In this document: in pieces, positions 13,303 through 25,001 of the stretch | How the letters are laid out: each line of letters opens with the position of its first letter | Numbering within the stretch: the first letter of the stretch is position 1 | NCBI GenBank assembly: GCA_003971905.1 | Contig: RSEE01000007.1 | Span: 434,001-498,000 of the forward strand | Reading direction: 5' to 3' | From: Moniliella sp. 'wahieum' | Lineage: Eukaryota | DNA: 64,000 bases | Notes under the pieces: model-generated | What the model was told of the DNA's origin: nothing | The model's input: only the letters and a program-made list of their open reading frames with translations | Databases searched by the model: none | Made by a program: the position numbers and the translations under genes

Positions 13303-15210
13303 TGAGCAATGATCGATGATCGATGATCGATGATCGCCTGAAGCAGGATGTATGATGCCTTGCATGACCGGTGACCGGTGACCGATGAGTAGGACTAGTC
13401 TCTGCTTGGCCGCCGAGTGATCCTGAGGCCGAGGGCGTGACGCGTGACGTGTGATGTGTGACTTGGGATACGCCGCCGTAGCGACGTGGGGCGCGAAGGC
13501 TGCGAAGGGCCAGGCAAGCACAGGCGCACTGTTGCGCATGCCGCCTTTCAGCCTCTGGGCCTGTGCATCATTCATCACCGATCCCCGACACCATTCACGC
13601 ATGCGCCGGCCCAGCCGGGGGGGCAGTCTCTGGCGTGTTGGCGGGCAGCGAGGCTTTGGCAGTGCGCTGGCGCTCGCAGCCAGGCCAGCCCACCCGAGGC
13701 CTGAGGCCCTGAGCGCCTGAGCGCCTGAGCTGAGCGCGGCTTGTTCGAACTGTCCAGATTCTCAAGGGCGACCGCACTGCCGCGGCTCCCACCGCCCCGG
13801 CGGCGCTAGGCGCCCTAGGCCCAATCCTCGACATGAGGCGTGCCGCTTGCAGGGAGCGATAGGCACGGGGGCTGTGCCTGACGTGCCTGACCGCGGGGGC
13901 CGAAGGGGGAAGGGGGGCAAACGAGGCGTTCACGTCGCCTGTGGGCGGCCGAGGCGGGTGTGGCATGGAGCATGGCTGGCAGCGCACGGCACAGCACGGC
14001 GTCCCAGCACAGGACAGGGACAGCGCACGGCCACAGGCACGCCGCGGGACAATGTGCACGGGGCGGGTGCTCAGCCTCAGCGCTGAGGCTGAGCGCTGAG
14101 GCTGAGCACCCGAAGAATGTGTGGGCGTGGCTGGGGTGCAACGTGCAGGGAGCAAGGCAGCAGAGGGGCAGACGGGCGCAGAGCCTGGCATTTATCTGCA
14201 AGCACGTCCGCCCCCGGGCAGCACACCAGCCAGGCAGGGAACCTCTGCGTTTGTGGTTGGGCTCAGCCTGAGCGCTGAGGCGCAGCGCCCAGCCTGAGCG
14301 CTGAGCTCAGCCCAGGCATGGCGCCTGTGCTGGCCGCCCCACCTGCGCTCTCTTGCGCCACGCCCCCCTGTCGCACCCATCGATAATCGATAACCGGTAA
14401 CCGGTACCATCGACAGCGACCTTCTTTTGTCTGGTTGCATACTCCGCCACCGAGAGATATTGAAGCCAGAGCAGGCTGATATCTGAGAGCCTGGGGCAGG
14501 CAAGTGAAGACGTTCTCGGTGTGCGCCGCAGTTCTTTCTTCCGCGCAGTGCCTTCGTCAACGCGTCAACCGATATGGGGCAATTGACCTTGATATCGAGA
14601 GCCCATCGACCGTCGTCGACCATCAATTCCATCGCCAATCGGTCCTAGCGTCATGCATCATGCATCATGCATCATGCCATGTCCATGTCATCGGTCACCG
14701 GCCGGTCACCGGTCATCGATCATTAATCATTAATCATTGCTCAGCGGGTGCTCAGCCGCTCAATCATTAACATCGACATCAGCGGTGCTGGAGCAAGGGG
14801 GCCTGTATAGGGCCCTGTCAGGCCCTGGCCGACGCGGCCGCGGGTGGATGACGTGGACGGGGCAAAAGCCAAGGCAAGCAGAGCAAGCCACGCAAGCCGC
14901 GCGGGTCCCTGAGTACTCAGACTGAGTATAACTGAGTGCAGACCTGTGCACATTGTGCAGACTCCCTTAATTGCTTTGCAATTTGACCACAGGTGACCAG
15001 CTACCGGTTACCTGTAAGCTTGAAGCTTGAAGCTTTCGAGCATTGGAGATTGAGTGTTTGGATGGAATGCTGAGCCGCTGAGAGGCAGACGCCCCATGTT
15101 TGCGGCCAAGAATGTGGTGGTGCAAAAAGCGACGCTCTCCCCGGTTCCATGTTCAGCGAGCGTTCGGCGCGCTCAGCGTGCAACTGAACGTTCAACGTGT
15201 TCAACGTTCA
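13303..15210. repeat. Largest cluster of 7-bp-period TGA/TCA-palindrome arrays
   Basis: (TGATCGA)3 at 13310, (TGACCGG)2 at 13365, ATCGATAATCGATAACCGGTAACCGGT at ~14379, (TCATGCA)3 at 14651, TCATTAATCATTAATCA at ~14720, AAGCTTGAAGCTTGAAGCTT at ~15016, TGAACGTTCA at ~15186. Confidence 0.9.
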
Positions 15211-18200
15211 CCCTCTGCACCCTGCCTTCATTGCATTGGAACGCCTTGGCACGCCTGGTACCTCGATACTGCGCGTATACTTGGGCCGTCGTCGAGATTG
15301 CGCCGGCCGTTGTCCGCGCAGTATGCCAGAATCTTAGAATCTCGCAATAGAAGCAAACTCAGGCCGGCCCTAGACTGGCGGCTGTGGCGGCACTCGCTCG
15401 CTTTCTACGTGTGCTCCGCTGAGCGCTGGCGCTGACACGCGCTGACTACACCCAGGCCTCAATGAAAACACTGGCCAATGATTATACGACCGGTAGGTCG
15501 TGTGGACCAAGAAGGGTCATACATGTCACACTCTGATCTTCTTTCACATTTCAAGCTTCAAGCCCAACGCCAGTATCCCCATCCTCTGGCCTAGTGCCAC
15601 TCCCTTCCATCTATCTCTTCCTCAGTCGGGGTTCGACGTTCGACCCAGCACCTGTCTCATTTCTTCCCTCTACCACTACATGTAAGACTAAGTACTAACG
15701 GCACACTTCTGGGACGTCGGTGGGGAATCACTCGTTTCACTAGTCACTAATCACTCATCACAGGATCTTTGGACACGAGCACTGTGGATCCAACACACCA
15801 CAAGCAGAGTACACTCAGTACTCACACAGAAGGGCGCAATTCTCACAGAAAAAGCAGTATAGGTAACCAACCCACCTACTGTGAATCAGCTTTGACTGCA
15901 TTGCCCACTTGCTCGCGCTGAATCTCATCTTTGTTCGCAATAAGTTTTTGCATCTGTTTGATGTATCCGCGGGGGAAGGAGAGGAAAGGGGGGTGCGTAC
16001 TCAGCCACAGAGTATTACTCAGCGCACTCAGCGCAGACCATTTTTGTGCACACCCCGGCTTATTGTATGCTTCGCCAACTTCATGAAAAGGAGCTGGCGC
16101 CGGGTGAAGCGAAGTGTCATATGACGGGACCCGGGGTATAACAATAAAGGCATCATGTTCATCCGTGGATGTCACATCTCGTTTGAGTCAAAAGTACTGT
16201 GACTATATACTGTGAGGGTATGGCGGGACTCGTGCTCCCGAGTGATGACTAGATGAGCGAGACAATGCAGGTATTCCACTCAGTCGCCCTCTTGCACAGT
16301 GCAACTGAGATGTACATCCTATATATTCTCCCTCTCTTTTACCCTCCCGGAAGTTTTCTCCTCTGCTGTTCCGCGGGGTACTTCCTGCTATGGAAAAGGT
16401 CCTACACTTCTCATAGGCTCATGTGTATGTATTCTGCATTCTTAACTTCGCATTGGCACCATGGACACTAGAATCATCAACAATACAGAGTGTGTGTATA
16501 TATGTGGTCCACAACAGGAGGTGGGCGCAGAAGGGAACGGAGAGGTCACTGGAATGGATAGAGGGGACAGAGGTGAATTGTCGCCTCCTCTCCTCCCCCC
16601 CTTATTTGGCCTTAGAAGGATAAGTCAATCTTTTCTATGACAGTAACAGGGTGTTGGCATGGCTCTCGCTCTCCAAAACCGTGCGCGGAAGAGAGGTAAA
16701 AATGTGCCTAATGGCAATTGAGGTTCGATGTGCTTTCGCATCCTAGATATGCCATTCATATCGATACCGGCCCTCACTTGTTCCTGCCTGAACCCCCTCC
16801 CCTCATCATAAACCGTAACAGTGTAGGGGTGACCATCATCCCTTAGTAAAGCCAATGAACATACACGACGGTTATAGATACACGGAATTAGCGACGAGTA
16901 TGTGCGACCCAATTGAACATGTGCATTAGAATAATGCTATACGGAGGAATGCTACGAAGAACCTGCCGAAGGTTAGGACACATAGGTAGCGTGACTGTGA
17001 TATTTCCCTTCGAAGGGGACAGGGGGTCCTCCTACGGTCTATCAGCAAAACGAAACAAACAAGGGGTAGTTATTTATATGCATCACTTTTGTCTGTGTCT
17101 ATTAGGAGAAGCACAACTGCCAAGAGAAAATTGTAAAGCCAACAAGGATGTAGCTATTATAAAGAGCGATTTGAGGTAAACGGGCTTAGGAACGAAAAGT
17201 AGCTGGTGTCTGTGGGGTATCAAGGGCAAAAACACGCACGCCTGGGTGTGGGAACCAGCATCAAAGTATTAGCCCCAATCCAACCTTGATATTCTCAGCA
17301 ACCAACACAAAAAAGGCCAGGCGATAGTGACCACGATAATGACCCTTACCCTGCAACCATCCATAAACATGTGGTGATGGAGGACCCCAGTGTTTGGAGA
17401 CGGATGTGACAATATGCACTTGCTGTGACCTATGTACTGGACTTATATACGCGAACGCGCTGTAGACGGGAAGGTGAGTATTCTAACCCATTGCAAACAT
17501 CATCTTTCAGCCTCGTCCTTGTAATATAACAGACGAGGAGACCACCGGGCCTACGCCCCGGCCAGCCAGGGCTTCACCCTAGCTTCTTGTGCTGGGCCAC
17601 CTTCGCCACCGTCGCCACCGTCGCCACCGCTCCACGGGTCCACCATTCCACACTGAAGAGAATATCCTCGCACCGTAGCCACGTTCCACATGCTGGAGAG
17701 GCGATATCATATCACCACAACTACAAGGGGGAAATGTGGGATTGTGTGCTGACTTGTGGGCACATTCTCTATCAAACGTCGAAGAGACTACTAAAGGAGT
17801 ACCCCATAATTATTCTTCTTCCGTCTCGCTGAGACTAGTATATGCACTTGCGCTACTCGACCTTTTTGTCTGTCCTCTCACCAACGATGAGAGTCTCCCG
17901 ACAAGGAATATACCTTGCCCGCTGCTTTGACTTGGCATGCTCTTCCCATTATTGTTGTCGGGCCGAGAAGTGCCATTGATGTTCTAGAGCTGTGACTCCG
18001 TGCGGTTTTTCTGCTGGACAGAGGTGGGAACAGAGGAGACGCAGATGCTCGACGCCCTTCCTGACCGTCTTATCTCTCTTCTCCGTGTTTTACGCCTTCA
18101 GTTTATCGCCTTTGACACCTTTCGCCTTTCTTTCATCCTTTTTCTTCACAATCAGCTACTGACGCATATGGCTTCACTCCTCTCCTCCTCTATTGTCTGG

Positions 18201-19842
18201 TTGCCTCGTCGGTCCCTGGGTAGTACGCCCCTATAACACTTTCGTCGGATCCTCATCGCGTCGGGACGTGGTAGAGCTGTCAGCTCCCAGCGCTATTATT
18301 GCGCACGCGCCTTATCAGACATCCTACTTTCGACGCTGTTGGGAGATCTATCTGACTCGTCACCTACGCTCTCTATGGGTGTCTGCGGCTAGGTGACGGC
18401 GGCGGCCGCGATGAGGAGATGAGAGTGGTGCCCGTGTTTTGGGGCGGTGCCTGTGTTCCAGGTCACGGCGCGGGGCTCGGCCCAAATAACTCTCGCTATC
18501 TACTCCGTTTGGTGCTCAAACGGATCATGAGTTCCCTCGATCTGTGACCAGAATCGAATCCCTTCTGTATACGGCCGAGGAGATAGGTACATTGGCTTTT
18601 GGATCTTTGTGTGATTTTTTTATCTTACTTCAGGTTGGCTTGGTTAGATATGCAAGTGAGCTCTAAGTTGAACATCCGGATCTGGAGTTAGTTCCTTATT
18701 ATCTGCGAGTCTTGTGATGACATTCATACTCTCTTTTCCCATCTCGTTCTTTTGGTTGTGAGGGCCGAGATAATGCCCTTTACGATGTTCTGTTTGTATC
18801 ATCTTTTTGATTCATGACGTTCTTTCTCCCTATAGCGGGCCATTATCATCTCCTATTGTTGCCCAACCATCCTTGACCCCCAGGCAAAACTCATCTAGCG
18901 TTTCTCCTATTATAGTTCACCGAGAGGCTACAAGAGCACGCGCTAGTCTTGCTTGTTCCGGTACCCATATACGCAACCTTGCCACGCGAGCTGATACCCA
19001 ATTAAAGCTCCGTTCGAACTCGCCATCTGCGTTCATCAACACACTGCAAGATAAACTGTGAGTGACTAATGACTCTCTTTTTGGTCCAAGGGAAATCACC
19101 CCTGAACTGTGGGTCGGGCTCCAGTCCGGGGCTAGCCCATGATATCACCGGCAACAATGGTCCTTTTGGGGTGTAGAACCCCACATACCGTGCGCTGTGG
19201 GGAGGAATCGGGGTGGCTCAGGCAGGTACAGGCGGGCAGCATCACCTCGAGAAAAATGTGTGGGCTCAAGACCTAAGAAAGAGAAAATGATATTATTCCA
19301 CACGAGTGAGAGGAGCTCGTCAGAGGAACAACATCGGGGAGAGTCGGATGGACTAGTGCCTGAGGCGATGTGATCTCATGTGTGATGTGGGTGGCTGAGC
19401 CGCTCAGCCGCTGTCAGAAAACTGGATAATTAAGCTGCGTATCTTGGAAACTGGACCGAGTGTCCGTTCCGGGTGGTTCGGGTACTGCTCCGGTACCCTA
19501 CTGTTGCTGCGAGCGTCGAAATAGGATCGCTATTGGGAAGACAACGTTGTGCTGGAGCCAAAAAAGCAAAGTTGGCCCATATACTTGAGCCGGGAACCGG
19601 AAGGCGTTGCGTATCCTCCGGTGCGAGAGTTCAACGTTTGTTCAACATTGAATCTAGGCACGGGCACAGTGTCCTTTTGTTACCTTTCTGTTGAGAGGTG
19701 GTTGTTGAACGGTTGACCCGTCAACGCAGCCGGGCTCCTTGGGGTATTTAAATCTCAACTGCAGCCGGAAGATTACCACCCCAACCTCAACCCCACCCAC
19801 CTAGGTCTCCCCCCTTCGCCGCGAAGCTTGCTCCTCTTCACA

Positions 19843-20841
19843 ATGGTTCACCTCTACGACTACAGCTACGGCAAGGACCTGGTCCGCATTCTCCGTGTCG
19901 TGCGCAACCCCCAGGACAAGAGCAAGCACCAGATTGTCGAGTACATCGTCCGTTGCCTGCTGCGGGGCCCCGTGGCCAAGGACAACAAGTTGGCCCAGTC
20001 CTACACCCACGCCGACAACTCTTTGGTTGTCGCTACCGACTCGGTCAAGAACACGCTCAACGTTCTGGCGAAGACCCTGGCGCCCGGTGACGTGCTTGTG
20101 CCGGAGCGTTTCGCCCTGTCGGCGGCTGCGCACTTCTTGGGCAAGTACGACCATCTGACTGGGGTGGATGTGACTATCCAAAAGCTCAAGTGGACGCGCA
20201 TTGTGCTTGAGGACGGCCCGCACAAGCACTCTTTTGTTCGGGATGGCAATGAGGTGCGCACGGTCTTCCTTGAGGCCCGCCGGAATGCGGCGGGAGCGGC
20301 CATCGTGAGCAAATTGGAAGGCGGACTGAAGGACCTGTTGGTGCTCAAGTCGTCTGGCTCGGCCTTCCATGGCTTCTACAAGGATGAATTTACCACCCTT
20401 GTCCCGGTCAACGACCGCATTTTCTCTACGGCCATCGACCTCACCTATTCCTTCAACGTCCCGGCCACTCCGCTGCCCCAGCTTCTGTCTAGCAAGGATG
20501 GCTTGACCGACTTTGACGCGATTGCCGACGCGGCTAAGGCACACACGATCCGTGTATTTGCTACGGATGACTCGGCTTCGGTCCAGGCGACGATGTTTAC
20601 CATGGCCTCCGACATTCTCAACGACCCGCGGCCTTTCTTTTCGACTGGTGCCCACAAGTGGTTGGAGGATGTGGAGTATGCGCTGCCTAACAAGCACTAT
20701 GTCCCTATCGATCTATCCTTTAAAGGGTTGTCCAACACCAACGAGAAGGACGCCGAGGTCTTCCTCCCTCAACAACACCCTTCCGGCTTGATCAAGGCCA
20801 AGATCTCGCGCAAGGACCCACTCGCCAAGTCCAAGCTCTAA
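19843..20841 (+). CDS. uox: Uricase (urate oxidase), peroxisomal
   Basis: Intact ORF with uricase motifs YGKDLV, SYTHADNSLVVATDSVKNT, SASVQATMF, LPNKHY and PSGLI. C-terminal SKL is a PTS1. TATA-like TATTTAAA at ~19745. Confidence 0.96.
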   Translation: MVHLYDYSYGKDLVRILRVVRNPQDKSKHQIVEYIVRCLLRGPVAKDNKLAQSYTHADNSLVVATDSVKNTLNVLAKTLAPGDVLVPERFALSAAAHFLGKYDHLTGVDVTIQKLKWTRIVLEDGPHKHSFVRDGNEVRTVFLEARRNAAGAAIVSKLEGGLKDLLVLKSSGSAFHGFYKDEFTTLVPVNDRIFSTAIDLTYSFNVPATPLPQLLSSKDGLTDFDAIADAAKAHTIRVFATDDSASVQATMFTMASDILNDPRPFFSTGAHKWLEDVEYALPNKHYVPIDLSFKGLSNTNEKDAEVFLPQQHPSGLIKAKISRKDPLAKSKL

Positions 20842-21981
20842 TGATAGAGTCTTGTCCTGACTTTACTGCAACTGCTCTTCCCTTGCCCACACGCTCCGCG
20901 TCACGATCCATGTATCATTTTGACCATGTACCGAATGGTTCCCATCTGACGTACCCTGATGTCCATAGTTGAGGCGCAGAAATAAGAGATTCAGGCTTGA
21001 CGCCTAAGGAGAGGGTGAGTAATTTAGGCCGGCTGGGTACTGGGGGCGAGGCAACGCGTCGGTTGTGAGCGCTTCTGCCATTTGCCGGTGCGCCATGATG
21101 CATGATGCATGATGCATGACCGGTGACCCACGGGCCATCATCGGAAGATGTGGCTGCAATCAGATGGCCGCTACTGACTGAAAGAGTTTGGGCAGCTGAT
21201 CGCGAGCACGGAGGGTGGCCGGTGGCCGAAGTATCGAGCGCAAGCGGTGTGGCTCGTGGAAAGAAAACAGGAGCGGGAAGCGAACACAGGAGCACAGATG
21301 GACAGGCGCAGACGCGTGGACAGAGGACAGCTAGCAAGTACCAGCGTCACGCGTCACAGAAAGTCTGTCCAACAGGGAAGATCATCTCCACGTCACAACA
21401 GAGAGAAGCGCGCCATGTGAATGGAAAGGTCGTTGTGGAGCAGTGCGCATTCTGGCCACGATGCAATGCGTGGCCCCAGCGAAACCCTGCGACGCTGGGT
21501 ACTGCTGGCTTCCGCCCCGAAACTTTCCTGAATCCGGTCTGAATGTTTTGTCCTGCTCCACAGAGCCGAATGCATAATGCCCACGCTCAATTAAGTTTGC
21601 CAATTAAGTTGCGTGGCCGAGCGATGAAGGGTTGACGTCGGGGAGCTCGGGCTGATTGCATCCAGTCCAGAAGGGCAAGCAATAGAAGGACAGAGAAGCC
21701 AGGCCGAGAGATGGAGCTAATTAAGTCGCCGTTTCAGCGGCCAACGGCGCTTCAAAACCCCGGCGGCCATTAGGTATTGGGCAGCACGGAGGCAGTACCC
21801 GGGGTTTACGGTCACCATGGTGGGTGGCGTCATAGCGCCCGTGCTTCCGAACTGTCCCCGTGCCCGGCGACGGGAAAGCCACTCACTCACAGGCCCGTCC
21901 TGCAGCTTGCTGCTATTTAAGGCACGCGAGTTGCCCTGGCAGCCCTTGTCACGCTCCCACCACCTCCATCTGTCTCACACC

Positions 21982-22405
21982 ATGGTCCAGGCTATTGATT
22001 CCTTCGAGTCCTTCCAGACTATCATTAACAGCGGCAAGACCGTTGTCATTGACTTCTGTGCGTATCAACTCCAAGTCGCGACACTGAGGCGGGCAGTGCC
22101 CCTCTCACCCGCTGGTTGGGCACCCGGCACAGAAATACTGACTGAGCTATTATTGCTGTAGGGGCTACATGGTGCGGTCCTTGCAAGATGATCTCGCCCA
22201 TCTTCGAGAAGCTGCAGACCTCGACGCCCAGCGACAAACTCGAGTTCTACAAGGTCGACGTGGATGAGCAGCCTCAGATTGCCGCCACGGCCGGTGTGAC
22301 TGCGATGCCTACTTTCATCTTCTACAAGGATGGCCAGAAGATTGACGAGGTGATCGGTGCTGCTCCCCCAAGCTGAACGCGGCCATCTCCAAGCACTCTG
22401 CTTGA
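21982..22405 (+). CDS. TRX1: Thioredoxin; intron 22058-22161; probable 1-nt assembly deletion near the C-terminus
   Basis: Spliced product [38 protein letters not shown]...KVDVDEQ...AMPTFIFYKDGQK, containing the WCGPC active site. Confidence 0.95.
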
Positions 22406-23650
22406 AAAGGCGAGAGGCGCAAGTTGTACTACAATAACTCGATTCCCTTTGTACCCAGAAGCCGGTCTCGCCTTATCTTAGCTGTGAGTAGTGTGGCCTG
22501 TGGCAGTTGGGACGAATAGGCTGGAGACACCCTTGATCTACTCTGGCTGTTGGGCCTGACCTACCAGGGACAGTGCTGGGCATGAGCGCTGCTGCGTGAT
22601 GATTGTTCAATAGCACTTGGTCATTGATGGACTGCCTCTCAACACTGTCGAGGATGATGCAGATGATGGACTGTAAGCATGCGATAATCCGCATGATCCA
22701 TGCGTGGGAACGTGTTGTTGTAACGTCGTGTGGCACCGGTAGCCCAGGCCAGGTTCATTCCTTCCAATATTCCTTTCTGGAGGGCAGGAATATTCTCTAG
22801 CCTCTGTAGCTCATGTGCAATGCAATACGCCATCAATTGCTTGCTCTCTGCTCTTCAACGCGTCGGGAAAAGGAGCTGAATCGGCTGCTTGTAAAGGCAA
22901 GCGGAATGCGACAGGAATGGGATGGACCAGCGATGCACTCAGGGATGGTTCTTTCCGCTACCACTGTTCATGCAAATGACGATACGCCGATCTATGATGC
23001 CATCAAGATGGCGTTAATGATTGCGCATCTCAGAAGGAACTGAGTTGAACGTCGGTTGAGCGCGGACGGTAACATTATCTTGGTGGACGGAATTCCGCAT
23101 TCCGCAGCGGGAGGCCGCGTCAGGCTTCTTCAATCTTCAAAAGATAGGGCGGAGTTAGCTGGAGCCAGGAGGAGCGGGGGGGGGGGGCAGCAGGGGGCAA
23201 CAAAGCAGCCCTTGCAGGTGGTCACTAGGGTCACCGGTCACTGGCCAGGTGGCTCGTCAGCGCGTCAGCCTGATTCGCTGACATCATGCGACCTGTGACC
23301 GATGACCAGCAGCAGGTACTGCGTGATGGGGCCGGACACCGGTAGGGTTAGCGCAGCGAAGAAGAGATTCGGCACGAGGGCAGTGCTAGGGGTTTAGGGC
23401 GCAGGGCCGGGTGGAGCCCAGTTCGAAATAGCCGGGGAGCGGCAGCAGACGGGGAGCGAGGCGTAGCGAGGCCCGGACAGACAAAGAGCGCGCGGTGGCC
23501 TGTGGTAGCCAGACACTCGCGCCGCGCTGGATCGGATTGGGTGCCGCACCAGCGCAGCAGCCAGCGGCCTGGGGAGAAGGAAGCACAGGCCGGCCTGCTG
23601 CTGCCCCACTCCGGCGCCGCGCAGCTTATAAGGCTCTGCGCTCGTTGCCC

Positions 23651-25001
23651 ATGTCGTCCGTGTCGGTCGTACCCCCATCCATCTCGTCTAAAGCCGTCTC
23701 GCTTCGTGTGTGTGCCCCCCCCCCCCCGCCCACCACCCATTAACCCTCTCCACCCCCTGCCTGCTAACCCGTCCACAGCCTCTTGCCTTCACCATGTCTC
23801 CTTCTGCCACCGACACGGGCGGGCTGGCTGCGCTAGCCCCGGCTTCTGCGCATGTCCAGGTCCATGCGCACACCCACACTCCACCCTCTTGGGCGGGCCT
23901 CAAGGTACCCCCTTCCTCTGTGGTGCCAGTACCGTCCGTGTCGGGATTCGCCTCTAATCCATCTACGGGCGCCGGCGGCAAGAAGCGTGCGTCCTCGTCA
24001 TCGACGCCCGATCCTTCTGCCTTTGCCAAACGGCCCAAGGCAATGACCCCCGAGCGCATTGCTCGTCTTGAGGCCCGTCAGGCCCGAAATCGCCTTTCGG
24101 CTCAAGCCAGCCGGGACAAGAAGAAGAACTATGTCTCGACCCTGGAAACCCAGATGGGTGAACTGTCGCGACACAATGCCGAACTCTTGCGCAAAGTGCA
24201 GGATTACGAGTCGCGCTTCCAAGCCATTACCGACCTGGTCCAAGCTTATTCTGATGACCCCAAGGAGCAACTTAGTAAAGTCGTTGCGCTCCTTCCAACG
24301 CTCAATCCCGATGCCGTGGATCCTGCTGCTACGCTGGCCGAGCCCCCCTCTCCCCCAAAGTCGTCGAGAGACATTTCTTCTCCTCTACCTCCGAATCCCC
24401 TTCTCCCGTCTTGAACTCGCAGGATCCTCAGCTAAGTGGAACGTTAGCAGCGCCTTCCCCCTCTGAATCTGGAGCAAGCCGTCCAGTCGACCTCCCCTCC
24501 TGTCGAACCAGTCCGTCCACCCATGGGCTCGAACGAAGAAGAAGGATCGAGCGCTCGCCTTCCAGCAGCGAAGGCGGTTCCCAGCAGCGGGCGCTCTCCC
24601 TCTTCCTTCGTTTGTGCTGCCCCCACACGGGACGGATAAGGTGCGCCTGGATGGGTTGGCCGCTCTGGACCGGCCCATGCCCATTTCAGAGTGGGGAAAC
24701 GGCAGCAGCAAACTCTCAGTCGCTGCCCTGCCCCTCAAGGTAAAGGAAGAAAAGGAAGAAAATGGAAGATCTGTTTTACACGTCGCCGATGGGTGAAGAG
24801 CTCCTCTTGTTTGATGGCCTCCCCGAGGCGGAGTGGGGGCTTGACCCCTGGCTCCAAGCGGATGTGAATGCGACAGCGCCTTCGTCTCCTCTGTCGGTGG
24901 GATCGGCCAATGACTCGATCTCAACGGAAGTGGATGAACGTCCTGCTCCACTGACAGGTAAGACGGAAGAAGGGGCGATGCTCTTGGAATTTCTCCATTA
25001 A
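23651..25001 (+). CDS. HAC1: UPR bZIP transcription factor, Hac1/XBP1 homologue (Cib1/Hxl1-like); probable conventional intron 23708-23778 and unconventional intron ~24566-24584
   Basis: bZIP basic region RIARLEARQARNRLSAQASRDKKKNYVSTLE plus zipper. Downstream RLPAA peptide overlaps a CAG|CAGC stem-loop. Acidic C-terminal tail (EDLFYTSPMGEELLLFDGLPEAEWGLDPW). An alternative start is ATG 23794. Confidence 0.85.
24556..24591 (+). promoter_or_regulatory. Ire1-type dual stem-loop unconventional splice element
   Basis: Perfect 7-bp stem CGCCTTC-[CAGCAGC]-GAAGGCG at 24556-24576 and a second CAGCAGC loop at 24582-24588. Both match the CNG|CAGN cleavage consensus. Confidence 0.8.

Noticed and set aside
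13303..15210. Palindrome arrays as CRISPR repeats or a polylinker/vector (they look like strings of ClaI, AgeI, NsiI, HindIII and StuI sites)
   Set aside because: No repeat-spacer architecture and the context is eukaryotic. The arrays are degenerate and dispersed across many native promoters, unlike synthetic DNA.
19801..20697. Long antisense ORF over uricase, and the many other overlapping ORFs in the track
   Set aside because: These are shadow ORFs expected from high GC and codon bias, with no domain signal.
21096..21128. Idea that the 7-nt spacing of TGA exists to place stop codons in all three frames
   Set aside because: It is arithmetically true, but it does not explain the palindromic cores, and array orientation (TGA versus TCA) does not obviously track gene direction.
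24614..24626. GTG-CTGCCCC-CAC hairpin as an alternative 3' Ire1 site
   Set aside because: The loop lacks the CNG|CNG consensus. The CAGCAGC at 24582 fits better and yields the expected frame.
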